Source of the DNA: a virus
Reading direction: 5' to 3' (one strand)
Virus record (IMG/VR): IMGVR_UViG_3300044678_002654
Span: 1-64,000 of that record
Length of the DNA: 64,000 bases
The notes below the pieces were generated by a model that saw nothing but the letters and a program-made list of their open reading frames with translations, did not search any database and was not told the DNA's origin. A program made the translations under genes and the position numbers. Shown one piece after another: positions 63,839 through 64,000 of this stretch; the stretch's first letter is position 1, and every line of letters starts with the position of its first letter.

Positions 63839-64000
63839 ATGGCAGACACAGACGTAGAAATGCTGCGCACAGTGAACGCGACCGGGCTGCGCCGCGTCAT
63901 CGAGGCGCTGGAGCGTCTGGAGGACAAGCGGTTGGACGCCGCGATGCTCTGGAACAAGAAGGACAACTGCGGTTGTCTGTTGGGCGCTATCTATCCGAAG
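63839..64000 (+). CDS. hypothetical protein (3' partial)
   Basis: ATG after GGGAG, open to the window edge. Confidence 0.5.
   Translation, partial: MADTDVEMLRTVNATGLRRVIEALERLEDKRLDAAMLWNKKDNCGCLLGAIYPK

Overview
This 64 kb GC-rich window is part of a large (jumbo-like) contractile-tailed bacteriophage genome, with no host-type housekeeping genes, rRNA, canonical tRNA or CRISPR array. The left half is mostly minus strand. It holds a GpA-like terminase large subunit, putative virion proteins, and a tail/baseplate module: fibre-like, wedge, J-like, gp25-like, hub, tape measure and a -1 frameshift chaperone pair, with a sigma factor embedded in it. RuvC and a class II ribonucleotide reductase lie on the plus strand. 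The right half is mostly plus strand: DinG, UvrD-like and SNF2 helicases, ThyX, a second sigma factor, a ParB/DGQHR-like protein, glycine-zipper proteins and dozens of small hypothetical genes, interrupted by isolated minus-strand genes (lysis-like genes and a dATP/dGTP diphosphohydrolase). The most striking signal is a 13-bp palindrome, TTCAC-N3-GTGAA, whose arms match the parS core. I counted 29 perfect copies by eye, laid out about every 2.2 kb and never closer than 1 kb, both inside genes and at gene junctions. This suggests an undescribed genome-wide protein-binding lattice. Other signals are widespread leaderless TANNNT promoters, a 22-bp bidirectional promoter, a repeated 19-bp promoter, an unannotated 25-aa membrane peptide with an occluded ribosome binding site, and a tRNA-like mini-RNA. 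All calls come from motif recognition without database searches.
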